A DNA stretch of 64,000 nt. Origin: Escherichia phage garuso. This document shows positions 19,018 through 27,224 of this stretch, one piece after another. The notes beneath the pieces were generated by a model. It had not been told where the DNA came from and made no database searches. It saw only the letters and a program-made list of their open reading frames with translations. Where the stretch lies: sequence record MN850566.1, one strand, 5' to 3'. The stretch's first letter is position 1. Each line of letters starts with the position of its first letter. The translations under genes and the position numbers were made by a program.

Positions 19018-19344
19018 ATGCAGATTAATGGAAGAGACTTTGTAGCCGTTTACTACGAGAAAGGTAAAGAGGTTGGTGTAGCACAAGTAACTTATGGCAA
19101 TGGTAAGTGGCTGTATGGAACAATCGCAGTAGTAGGAACAAGAAGTGATACAAAAACTTTTAAAGATTGTGTTGACCTTCTTGAAGAATCCATCCACAAT
19201 CATTGGTGTCTGATATGGATGACTGACAATGAAGTGATGGAACGTTTCAAAAAGATTGATATCAACATAGACAGCATTGAGCATGTTGACTTGTATGAAC
19301 TGACTGAGAAGGTAAATTATGAAAGTAATTCTAGCCAGAGATAA
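19018..19344 (+). CDS. Hypothetical protein (108 aa)
   Basis: Track ORF. Confidence 0.45.
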   Translation: MQINGRDFVAVYYEKGKEVGVAQVTYGNGKWLYGTIAVVGTRSDTKTFKDCVDLLEESIHNHWCLIWMTDNEVMERFKKIDINIDSIEHVDLYELTEKVNYESNSSQR

Positions 19345-19546
19345 AAAGACACGGAAAATTATCCGGTCAGCAGTATTTATTGGAAGAAATGAAGTGATTC
19401 CTTTTACAGCAAATGATGTGATAGTCTACAGGAAAAAATTAGCATTCAGTTATTGCTTACGTGGCTTTATCTCCCAGCCATTAGAAGATTTTAAAAATCG
19501 TTGTGGTAAAGGCATCATCATTCAAGAGGCAATTATTCATGGCTGA
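19319..19546 (+). CDS. Hypothetical protein (75 aa)
   Basis: Track ORF overlapping neighbours. Confidence 0.35.
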   Translation: MKVILARDKKTRKIIRSAVFIGRNEVIPFTANDVIVYRKKLAFSYCLRGFISQPLEDFKNRCGKGIIIQEAIIHG

Positions 19547-19739
19547 CTTCTGCAAAGACTGTGCTATCGAGATGTTTGGACGTGATACAGGTGATTTAAA
19601 AGGTCTTATCACTGAAGATGACTTTAAAGCTGGCTATGCAATGCCAGTAATCTGTGAAGGTTGTGGGTGCATCTGGGTAGACCATGAGGGGCAACGTGTA
19701 AAACCTTCAGAAGATAAAGAATCTTGGGAGAGATGTTAA
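19539..19739 (+). CDS. Small Cys-rich protein (66 aa)
   Basis: In-frame ATG at 19539 inside track ORF 19503..19739; CxxC…CxGC pairs (CKDCAIEMFG…CEGCGC). Confidence 0.4.
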   Translation: MADFCKDCAIEMFGRDTGDLKGLITEDDFKAGYAMPVICEGCGCIWVDHEGQRVKPSEDKESWERC

Positions 19740-20525
19740 ATGGGTATTGTAAAAATCATCAATGGTGATATCTTTGCTGCATTTGATAAAGGTAAGTTTG
19801 ACATCATTGGTCATGGTTGTAACTGTATGAACCTAATGGGTGCAGGTATCGCTGATAAGATTTCTAAACTTTACCCAAAAGCATATGAGACCGATACAGA
19901 AGTTTATCTATATGCAGGCGGTATAGGCCACAAACCCTGTGAAAATTTACTAGGTAACTTCTCTGTAGCACGTTTAAAACAAGGCCGTATAGCTAACCTT
20001 TACACTCAGCTTAAGACTGGTAAAGATGCCCGATACAGTGCTTTAGAGTCATCTTTGAAACAGCTTAACAGATACTGTGAAGTCAATCAGTTGAAGAAAG
20101 TCGGGTTACCTATGATTGGTGCAGGTATCGGTGGGCTAGACGCTCAAGCCGTCACAGTTATCATTAATCAGGTGATGAAGAGTGTAGATGTGTATCTGTA
20201 TGTCTATGAAGGAGAGATGTACCACAAGTTACGCTCAGGTTGGAAGAACTACTGTGAACCAGAATACTTTGCAGGTGTAGTAACGTTCACAGACAATACA
20301 GTTACCCTCTTCAGACGAAGAAAAGGTAAGATACATCAAAGTAACCCTCCGGTTGAAAAGATGTCTCTAAGTAACGCTCTAGTTACCCACCTGTCGAAGA
20401 GCAATCACAGGATTGCAGTAACATTTGGTAGTGATGCAGACACTTATATCTATGCAAGAACTGATGAGGGTATCGAGACAGTTTTCTCTTCGCCAGAAGT
20501 TACCTTCTTAGACGCAAAGAACTAA
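19740..20525 (+). CDS. Macro-domain (ADP-ribose binding/processing) protein
   Basis: 261-aa ORF; N-terminal half has macro-like glycine-rich motifs (…IIGHGCNCMNLMGAGIADKI… and …GLPMIGAGIGGLD…). Confidence 0.55.
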   Translation: MGIVKIINGDIFAAFDKGKFDIIGHGCNCMNLMGAGIADKISKLYPKAYETDTEVYLYAGGIGHKPCENLLGNFSVARLKQGRIANLYTQLKTGKDARYSALESSLKQLNRYCEVNQLKKVGLPMIGAGIGGLDAQAVTVIINQVMKSVDVYLYVYEGEMYHKLRSGWKNYCEPEYFAGVVTFTDNTVTLFRRRKGKIHQSNPPVEKMSLSNALVTHLSKSNHRIAVTFGSDADTYIYARTDEGIETVFSSPEVTFLDAKN

Positions 20526-20595
20526 GAAACTCTGTAGAGTATTCACAATAAACTAAGCCTTTCTTATCTGGTAAATTTTTCAGGTAAGGAGGGCT

Positions 20596-20794
20596 TTTTC
20601 ATTTCAGAATTGTGCAGGTATATTTCTATAGAGAAATCTGTAGAGGAAATTTTGAACTCCAAAGAGAAAATTCATTTTCAAACTGTGCAGGTAATCTCCA
20701 AAGGGTTTTTTCATTTTCAAAACGTGCAGAGAAAAATCAGGTCGGGCAAGAAAAATCATTTTAGAATTGTGCAGGTAGGTGGGTGCAGGTGGGG
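20596..20794. repeat. Array of four to five direct repeats, consensus TTTTCATTT(T)CA(A/G)AA(C/T)TGTGCAGGTA
   Basis: Copies at about 20596-20620, 20668-20694, 20707-20730, 20753-20778 plus a partial GTGCAGGTGGGG at 20783-20794; lies between a terminator-like hairpin and the first early promoter. Confidence 0.6.
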
Positions 20795-20954
20795 ATGTCG
20801 CCATTTCTCACAAGGCTACCACATCTGGAAATAAAAGTCAACAGAAAAATTTGTAGCGGATTGAAAAATAATTCTTGATTGTAGTTCTGTTTTGTGGTAG
20901 TCGCGCGCACCCGTTTCATTACAATCTTTGCAAAAAATATTTTTAAAATTCCTA

Positions 20955-20983
20955 TTGACTCTTTGAGTATGGTTATCTAATAT
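20955..20983 (+). promoter_or_regulatory. Sigma70-like promoter at the start of the early-gene block
   Basis: TTGACT-N17-TAATAT with an AT-rich upstream tract. Confidence 0.5.
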
Positions 20984-21033
20984 TTGCATCAGACGGGCAA
21001 TCAAGCCCACTTCCTAAACTGGAGATTCAAAAA

Positions 21034-21222
21034 ATGGCATCAAGAAAGATTAAAGTTGGCGATGAGATTAACATCAAGCACGAACACTCTTACAAAATGC
21101 TAACTATACGCTCTTATAAGGTTTATCAGGTGGAAGCTATCCACAAAGATAACACTTTTTCCTTAAAAGGTTATAGCGAACGTTTCCCTGCTGAACTCTT
21201 TGAGAAATGGAGCGCGAAATAA
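21034..21222 (+). CDS. Small early-region protein (62 aa)
   Basis: Preceded by TTGACT-N17-TAATAT promoter (20955-20983) and …ctaaactggagattcaaaaaATG RBS. Confidence 0.5.
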   Translation: MASRKIKVGDEINIKHEHSYKMLTIRSYKVYQVEAIHKDNTFSLKGYSERFPAELFEKWSAK

Positions 21223-21428
21223 TGCTTTACAGTCGTAAATTGATGGTTACAACTAACGTTAACACAAAGGTAAAACGTTTTTACATGCAAATTTGTGGCG
21301 TATGGTCTAGAATATCAGAGGCTGACTATTGCAACTATGTAGAAACAGCTATAAACTCTAATTGCTACCTTACAAGAAATACTAAGAATTTTACAAGGCA
21401 AACAGTGATTTACTATTACGATAAATAA
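21222..21428 (+). CDS. Small early-region protein (68 aa)
   Basis: ATG 21222 overlapping upstream stop (TAATG); track ORF starts at 21207. Confidence 0.4.
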   Translation: MLYSRKLMVTTNVNTKVKRFYMQICGVWSRISEADYCNYVETAINSNCYLTRNTKNFTRQTVIYYYDK

Positions 21429-21429
21429 A

Positions 21430-21515
21430 AAGTACTTTACATGGGGCTTAAAAGTCTGTAGAGTAAGCCCCAGATAAAGAGCTTTACCAACAACCTTAAA
21501 CTAGGAGATTCAAAA
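21430..21515 (+). repeat. Family-1 promoter/hairpin/RBS cassette, copy 1
   Basis: aagtacTTTACA-[GGGGCTTA…TAAGCCCC hairpin spanning the spacer and -10]-cagataaagagctttacc…cctaaactaggagattcaaaaATG; reads as TTTACA-N17-TAGAGT. Confidence 0.6.
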
Positions 21516-21899
21516 ATGGCTTATCGTGCACCGAAATTCATCAACAAAGACAACTTTCGCAAAGTACTGGAGAAGTCACTTGATGAGAATTTTAAAGGCA
21601 ACATTATTGTTGTTCACTCGTTTAATTTCAAGTATGATATCAACGGGAATAAAATCAACCATTACACGGCGACAATGCTAGATGGTACTCTTTCAAGTGA
21701 AAAAGCCATTTTACATGCACTTGCTGGACGTGGTAAAAACCTGATAAAATGCGATAAGAGACGTTATCAGGGTGGCGCATATGGTTATGATGATGCTGTT
21801 TATCATCTTGAAAATATGGGCTATAAAGTAGAAAAAGCTGGGGTATCGCAAATCATCGGGAGCGATGGTTATGTAACAATCTTCAAAATTAACGAATAA
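21516..21899 (+). CDS. Small early-region protein (127 aa)
   Basis: Preceded by family-1 promoter/hairpin/RBS cassette. Confidence 0.5.
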   Translation: MAYRAPKFINKDNFRKVLEKSLDENFKGNIIVVHSFNFKYDINGNKINHYTATMLDGTLSSEKAILHALAGRGKNLIKCDKRRYQGGAYGYDDAVYHLENMGYKVEKAGVSQIIGSDGYVTIFKINE

Positions 21900-21985
21900 A
21901 GTACTTTACAAGGGGCTTATAGTTCGATAAAGTAAGCCCCAGATAAAGAGCTTTACCACTAAATCCTAAATTGGAGAACTTAAAA
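21899..21985 (+). repeat. Family-1 cassette, copy 2
   Basis: Same architecture; -10 TAAAGT. Confidence 0.6.
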
Positions 21986-22243
21986 ATGGCTATTATCAAA
22001 AACGTTGTAATTACCGCAAAGACTCGTGATGACGCTCGTATCATGGCTAAAAAGTTATGCGGAAAAGTGGTTGACAACGGAAAACAATCTGCTGTAAGGT
22101 GGGGCGTGAAGGTTGATAAACAGTTAACTTTAAAACGCAGTTCAAACAACCTTTTTAAAGGTGTAAAAACACTCGGTAAAGTGAACGTGTTCACTAAACA
22201 AGGTTACAAAATGCACTTATCTTTAACTGGCAATTTAATCTGA
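21986..22243 (+). CDS. Small early-region protein (85 aa)
   Basis: ATG 21986 placed by the conserved cassette RBS (…ttggagaacttaaaaATG); track ORF starts at 21971. Confidence 0.5.
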   Translation: MAIIKNVVITAKTRDDARIMAKKLCGKVVDNGKQSAVRWGVKVDKQLTLKRSSNNLFKGVKTLGKVNVFTKQGYKMHLSLTGNLI

Positions 22244-22244
22244 T

Positions 22245-22331
22245 AAAGTACTTTACATGGGGTTTAAAAGTTGATATCTTAAGCCCCAGATAAAGAGCTT
22301 TACCACTAAATCCTAAACTGGAGATTCAAAA
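22245..22331 (+). repeat. Family-1 cassette, copy 3
   Basis: Same architecture; -10 TATCTT. Confidence 0.6.
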
Positions 22332-22844
22332 ATGAAAACTGTAGACGCTACTTTTGAAGTTGTAAAAGAAAAATTCACCATTATCTATGAAGCGGTAAAT
22401 TGCTACGAAGCAAGCCATAACCTTGATAATTGGAAGTTTACAGATGACCATCAAGGCGGCGTGACTGTTAAAAATCCTAACTATCAGCATAATGCATTTA
22501 AATATGCAATCCCTTTGCATTACAGCCTTAAACAGCTTTCAAGTGACTATGCAAAACAAGGCCGGGAAAATCCATCAAAAGAGGCTTACATCAGCTTACA
22601 AAAAGAACTAGAAAGAGATTTAGAAGCTTCAGAGTATAACATTGCCGCGAAAGTTGTAGATGCAAACGGTAAAACGGTTTTAGACAGCTTTTATATTGGT
22701 TACGCTTTCGATTGGTGCTATAGTGACGGTGAGGATTTAGAAGATAGACTAAAAGAAGAGGTGAACAATTCAGACGCAGAAACTGAAGTATTAGAACGTT
22801 TGGAATCGTTGAAAGACTCAGTGATGAATATCTTTAAGAACTAA
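22332..22844 (+). CDS. Small early-region protein (170 aa)
   Basis: Preceded by family-1 cassette. Confidence 0.5.
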   Translation: MKTVDATFEVVKEKFTIIYEAVNCYEASHNLDNWKFTDDHQGGVTVKNPNYQHNAFKYAIPLHYSLKQLSSDYAKQGRENPSKEAYISLQKELERDLEASEYNIAAKVVDANGKTVLDSFYIGYAFDWCYSDGEDLEDRLKEEVNNSDAETEVLERLESLKDSVMNIFKN

Positions 22845-22846
22845 AT

Positions 22847-22936
22847 AGATTTCTTTACACGGGGTTATCAAGCTGGTAAGATAGCCCCAGATAAAGAGAT
22901 TTATCAAATAAAGCCCTTAAACTAGGAGATTCTAAA
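22847..22936 (+). repeat. Family-1 cassette, copy 4 (divergent)
   Basis: Same architecture with more substitutions. Confidence 0.5.
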
Positions 22937-23233
22937 ATGAAATTATCAAATCAAGTGCGTGAAAATCTGAGCAAATTACTCAACAAAATTGATTTTATCG
23001 AGACATCAAGAAATAATCATGATGTTATGGAATGGTTGCACGGCAAAATAAAAGGCCGTCGCGTAGTGATTTGCTTATGGAATAGTTGCAGGGAGTATAA
23101 AAAACCTGTATTGCAAGTAAATATTTATGATGATACTTTTAAAAGTCCAGTAAAGTCTAAAAGTGACTTATTAGAATCTTATGAGATAACTGTAAGTGGC
23201 AAAGTATCACGTAAAGAGGAAACACCATGTTAA
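22937..23233 (+). CDS. Small early-region protein (98 aa)
   Basis: Preceded by family-1 cassette variant. Confidence 0.5.
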   Translation: MKLSNQVRENLSKLLNKIDFIETSRNNHDVMEWLHGKIKGRRVVICLWNSCREYKKPVLQVNIYDDTFKSPVKSKSDLLESYEITVSGKVSRKEETPC

Positions 23234-23559
23234 TGACTGGTATCACTGCAATCATTGCCATTTTCGCGCTATATAAGGCATATAAAGCCTATAATCTAGC
23301 AAATAAGGCAATCACGCAACAGGTTAGCAATAACCTTGTAGAAAGCTTTCTAGGACGTCTCAGTGATGAGCAAATAAAGCGGCTAGAGATGAGCTTCAGA
23401 TATAAAGCCAAAACCTATCAGATAAGTGACATCTTCAAAGATGATTTTCAGTTAGTTGATGATTATAATTCTCTGATAAATGCTTTAAACATCAGTGACT
23501 TGAAAGACTATCATGCTGTAATTGTTCAAGAGTTGAGCAAACGAAAACAAAATTCTTGA
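23227..23559 (+). CDS. Small early-region protein (110 aa)
   Basis: Track ORF; AGAGGA RBS; overlaps upstream gene by 7 nt. Confidence 0.45.
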   Translation: MLMTGITAIIAIFALYKAYKAYNLANKAITQQVSNNLVESFLGRLSDEQIKRLEMSFRYKAKTYQISDIFKDDFQLVDDYNSLINALNISDLKDYHAVIVQELSKRKQNS

Positions 23560-23647
23560 CACTGGTTTTTAGATAGATTAAATTACACATCAACGGGGAG
23601 GGAATGACCTTCCCCACTAAATAAAGTCCTAAACTGGAGATTCTAAA
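23556..23647 (+). repeat. Family-2 promoter/leader-hairpin/RBS cassette, copy 1
   Basis: TTGACA-N17-TAAATT, then leader hairpin GGGGAGGG-AATGA-CCTTCCCC, then actaaataaagtcctaaactggagattctaaaATG. Confidence 0.6.
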
Positions 23648-23920
23648 ATGTATACTACTAACAACGGTCGCACTTTAAATGTCACACTACGTCACTATGT
23701 AGATGGTGTCATGCACTTTGAAGACTTACAAGCTGAACAACATATCTTAGATTGGCAAGTCGCAGGACTCCAAAAAACTGCTACCGGATACGGTAAAAAG
23801 ATTCCAACCAGTTGGAAAGTACACTATGAAGGCCGTTTGCGCAGAATTTATCAGGATGTGCAAAGCAATAGTGCATCGAGTTACATTATAGTAAAAGGTA
23901 AAAAACTGCATTTAGTGTAA
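23648..23920 (+). CDS. Small early-region protein (90 aa)
   Basis: Preceded by family-2 cassette (promoter, GGGGAGGGAATGACCTTCCCC hairpin, RBS). Confidence 0.5.
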   Translation: MYTTNNGRTLNVTLRHYVDGVMHFEDLQAEQHILDWQVAGLQKTATGYGKKIPTSWKVHYEGRLRRIYQDVQSNSASSYIIVKGKKLHLV

Positions 23921-24005
23921 AGTACTTTACAGGGGGCTTATAGTTCGATAAAGTAAGCCCCAGATAAAGAGCTTTACCACTCAATCCTAAATTGGAGATT
24001 CTAAA
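23919..24005 (+). repeat. Family-1 cassette, copy 5
   Basis: Same architecture; nearly identical to copy 2. Confidence 0.6.
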
Positions 24006-24410
24006 ATGGCTATTAATAACCGTGAATTATCAATCTTAAAAGCACGCTTGACCGTTAATCGAATCAATATCATGACGTCATCAGCGCCTGATGAAACATT
24101 GCACAACATTATCGGAAAGATTCAAAGCGTTATCTTAGACGTTGAAAACGTAAAAAGTTCATTGGCTGACGTTGCAGCAGGTATCACGCTAGACGGTGCG
24201 CAATATGAAATGGCTGACATGTTAGGCAAATCGAAGGTAATGAATAAAGAGCTTGATTTAAAAATGTTTCGATTTGCCGTGAAAGTATGGTTATCTGTCG
24301 AGTATGACGCTAATTTTGCAATCGCTGATTTCTTTGCCACTTGGTTACAACGTAATTTGACAAATCATGATTTTCGTGATGTCTGTGATGCAATTTATGC
24401 AGAACTCTAA
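24006..24410 (+). CDS. Small early-region protein (134 aa)
   Basis: Preceded by family-1 cassette. Confidence 0.5.
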   Translation: MAINNRELSILKARLTVNRINIMTSSAPDETLHNIIGKIQSVILDVENVKSSLADVAAGITLDGAQYEMADMLGKSKVMNKELDLKMFRFAVKVWLSVEYDANFAIADFFATWLQRNLTNHDFRDVCDAIYAEL

Positions 24411-24418
24411 AAATTTTG

Positions 24419-24511
24419 TTGACACTGGTTTTTAGATAGATTAAATTACACATCAACGGGGAGGGAATGACCTTCCCCACTAAATAAAGTCCTAAACTGG
24501 AGATTCTAAAA
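24419..24511 (+). repeat. Family-2 cassette, copy 2
   Basis: Near-identical to copy 1. Confidence 0.6.
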
Positions 24512-24715
24512 ATGGCTATTATTAACGGCTTAACCATTGAAACTACACACATCAAAGATATTAAAGTTGGTGATATAGTCCTTTCCCACGGCGTAGAAAA
24601 AACTGTCACTGCAAAGGATATCAAAGAGGATTCTTTCATGGGTAGGACTCTCTTCGGTGATTCTTATTGCTTAGGTTATCTTGCAGTTTTAAAAGTTGTC
24701 AAAAATAACAAATAA
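24512..24715 (+). CDS. Small early-region protein (67 aa)
   Basis: Preceded by family-2 cassette. Confidence 0.45.
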   Translation: MAIINGLTIETTHIKDIKVGDIVLSHGVEKTVTAKDIKEDSFMGRTLFGDSYCLGYLAVLKVVKNNK

Positions 24716-24801
24716 AGTACTTTACAGGGGGCTTGGAAGTTGATATCTTAAGCCCCAGATAAAGAGCTTTACCACTAAATCCTAAACTGGAGATTCAAAA
24801 A
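24714..24801 (+). repeat. Family-1 cassette, copy 6
   Basis: Same architecture. Confidence 0.6.
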
Positions 24802-25344
24802 ATGAAATGCTTTCACGGTACTACTCAAGAAAACTTTATCAACCTGATTAATAATGGTGATAAGCCATCAGGTGCATGGAATTGTTCGGATATGGATGGC
24901 AATTTTTACGTATACCCAGAAAATAAAATCTATGGTGACGATGAGGAAGAGATAGTATCCGAAGGTATTCAACAGGCGTTAGGAAATGCCACTATCACGG
25001 CAGCTTTCCAGATGAAAACCCAAAACATTGTTATCTTGGAACTTGATATTCCAGAGGACGAATTAAATGATGATTATTCTTGTGATAATATGTCTGGCGT
25101 AGCAAGTTTTACAGAATACTTCGATTTAAATTGGATTAAAAAGGTTTACGTAACCGAGTTTAATGCGATGTTTTCGCCTTTTTGTCTTCCTTCATTGGAT
25201 AACCCAAATTTAAACTATCTTGATGAGTCTCTGGAGCTTCTTGCTAAAAGCGTTCAACAGTCGGACAGTATTCAGGTTTTTTGTGACATCATGGATACAC
25301 TGGCAGGAAACATCGCAGAAGAGGATTTAAAGAGCTTTTTTTAA
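24802..25344 (+). CDS. Small early-region acidic protein (180 aa)
   Basis: Preceded by family-1 cassette. Confidence 0.5.
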   Translation: MKCFHGTTQENFINLINNGDKPSGAWNCSDMDGNFYVYPENKIYGDDEEEIVSEGIQQALGNATITAAFQMKTQNIVILELDIPEDELNDDYSCDNMSGVASFTEYFDLNWIKKVYVTEFNAMFSPFCLPSLDNPNLNYLDESLELLAKSVQQSDSIQVFCDIMDTLAGNIAEEDLKSFF

Positions 25345-25410
25345 AAACCTATGCAATCACCTTATAAACACTAATCAGCCCCTTGTAGGGGCTTTTAGGG
25401 GGCTTAAATC

Positions 25411-25644
25411 ATGCTTACAACCGTTTACCTCATCCTTTCCATCTGTAATGGTCATTCATGCGATTTTAAAGGGCTTGAAGAGTTTACAGGAAGTAAAGAA
25501 AATGCTATTCAAGTTTGCCAGATAGCACGGCAAGACTATCCCGCAAGTGATGATATACAATGCTACTTTAAGACAGAAGATAAAGACGGCATCTATTTTG
25601 ACAGCGTTGACGGTCAATATGAAATTATCATTGAAAAAGACTAG
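25411..25644 (+). CDS. Small early-region protein (77 aa)
   Basis: Track ORF; AGGGGG RBS-like sequence upstream. Confidence 0.4.
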   Translation: MLTTVYLILSICNGHSCDFKGLEEFTGSKENAIQVCQIARQDYPASDDIQCYFKTEDKDGIYFDSVDGQYEIIIEKD

Positions 25645-25734
25645 ACAAGCCTGATAAAAGTCTGTAAATTGTCAATCAACGGGGAGGGAATGACCTTCCC
25701 CACTAAATGAAGTCCTAAACTGGAGATTCTAAAA
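25641..25734 (+). repeat. Family-2 cassette, copy 3
   Basis: TAGACA-N17-TAAATT with the same leader hairpin and RBS. Confidence 0.55.
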
Positions 25735-26076
25735 ATGGCTTATGTAACCGTAATTACCGATAAAGCTGGCGCATCTTGGTCAACTCAGGTTAGTGATAAG
25801 ATGTCGCCTATGCAGTGCCTAAAATACTTTGAACAGTGGAACAAAGGCGAGGACACAAGCCCCTTTCACGTAATGCAGATTATTCATGTAGACAATGAAG
25901 GGAAGAAAACAACTCTGAATAGTGAGTACTACGCAAGCCGTTTTGAAACGAGAAGTAAAGCAATGAAGCTCTTACGTGAGGCCGGATATGGTCACATTGC
26001 CGCGATAATCTGGGATGACCTTCTAAAAAGTCAACGTATCAGCTATGTAAAGCCTGAAAAAATATTCATCAGTTAA
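25735..26076 (+). CDS. Small early-region protein (113 aa)
   Basis: Preceded by family-2 cassette. Confidence 0.5.
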   Translation: MAYVTVITDKAGASWSTQVSDKMSPMQCLKYFEQWNKGEDTSPFHVMQIIHVDNEGKKTTLNSEYYASRFETRSKAMKLLREAGYGHIAAIIWDDLLKSQRISYVKPEKIFIS

Positions 26077-26204
26077 TCAATAACTTACAAAAAACTTTTA
26101 AAAAAGTGTTGACAATACCCCTTGACATTGGTAACTTTGTTCGAGGGGGTTTATCTAAAAGGGATTCACTTAAAAGATTCTTTATAGATAAGCTTAAAAA
26201 TTGC

Positions 26205-26295
26205 TTGCAATCAGCTATCAAAACAAGTAAATTACTAATCAACGGGAGGGATGACCTTCCCCACTAAATAAAATCCTTAAACTAGGAGAGTCAAA
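26205..26295 (+). repeat. Family-2 cassette, copy 4 (divergent)
   Basis: TTGCAA-N17-TAAATT with shortened hairpin GGGAGGG…CCTTCCCC and RBS …ctaggagagtcaaaATG. Confidence 0.5.
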
Positions 26296-26826
26296 ATGAA
26301 CAAGTTTAAAGCTATCAACTTCATTCGTTCAAATGCTGTAATGTCAAAACCTGTAAAAGACACATACGAATTTCGCTGCAATGGGGTACACTTTGCAACC
26401 ATCACTAAGTCAGAAAACGGGGCTTATTACATTCATCGCCGTAATGTTTCTACTGTTGTAGTCTCTCACTTTATGCAAGCTGTAGCGGAATTATTACCGT
26501 TATTCTTAGAGATTTACTTAGATGAGTGCAAAAACGTTCGTAACCACGTTAAAAACCTTTTAAACGGTTATAAAATGGCTTATGAACGTTCTATCAAGTC
26601 CTTAAACAAGTTTTATAAAGCCCCTGTAAATACTGTTTCAATGGCTTACAGTGTAAGCGGTGAGTTGGTTAGTCTCTTCGAAGTGGAAGAAATCGAACTA
26701 TATAACTCACGTCCTAGCGGTTACTCTAAGACACTAGGAGAGGGCTTATCTTTCAATATCAAGAACTTAGAAAAAACTTTAAAAGATATTGAAAAAGATA
26801 TTGACGAGACAATCAAAAGTCTGTAA
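26296..26826 (+). CDS. Small early-region protein (176 aa)
   Basis: Preceded by family-2 cassette variant. Confidence 0.5.
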   Translation: MNKFKAINFIRSNAVMSKPVKDTYEFRCNGVHFATITKSENGAYYIHRRNVSTVVVSHFMQAVAELLPLFLEIYLDECKNVRNHVKNLLNGYKMAYERSIKSLNKFYKAPVNTVSMAYSVSGELVSLFEVEEIELYNSRPSGYSKTLGEGLSFNIKNLEKTLKDIEKDIDETIKSL

Positions 26827-26905
26827 ATTGTCAATCAACGGGGAGGGAATGACCTTCCCCACTAAATAAAACCCTTAATCAACTTCCTAAACTGGAGATT
26901 CTAAA
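26801..26905 (+). repeat. Family-2 cassette, copy 5
   Basis: TTGACG-N17-TAAATT with the same leader hairpin and RBS. Confidence 0.55.
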
Positions 26906-27154
26906 ATGGCTACTATCCGCGCAACTGTTAACGAATTCGGCTTCTACTCTCTGGACGTTAAATTTGACCTTGTAGGTACTGATAACACCTTTGAAATGGT
27001 GAAAGGCCTTATCAGCCAGACCATCAGTGACTACAACCCCTCTGATGAATTCTGGAAAGAAACAAAACAGGAAGTTCTCAAAGAGGGTTATACATACCAC
27101 TACTGGGGTGAAAAAATTGTCTCCCTGTACTACGACAAAAAAGGCACTAACTAA
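26906..27154 (+). CDS. Small early-region protein (82 aa)
   Basis: Preceded by family-2 cassette; last + strand gene before the noncoding region; terminator at about 27193-27219. Confidence 0.5.
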   Translation: MATIRATVNEFGFYSLDVKFDLVGTDNTFEMVKGLISQTISDYNPSDEFWKETKQEVLKEGYTYHYWGEKIVSLYYDKKGTN

Positions 27155-27192
27155 ACGCCGCAACGGGGCTAAATAGCCCCAGATACCTTTAC

Positions 27193-27219
27193 AGCCCCTT
27201 TCCCATAGGGGCTTTTTTA
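27193..27219 (+). terminator. Intrinsic terminator ending the + strand early-gene block
   Basis: AGCCCC-TTTCCCAT-AGGGGCT hairpin followed by TTTTTT; a second GC hairpin (GGGGCTAAATAGCCCC) lies just upstream. Confidence 0.6.
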
Positions 27220-27224
27220 CGTCT

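Noticed and set aside
20604-20834. Track ORFs 20604..20804 (minus) and 20610..20834 (plus)
   Set aside because: Both lie wholly within the direct-repeat array, have repeat-driven low-complexity translations and no RBS.
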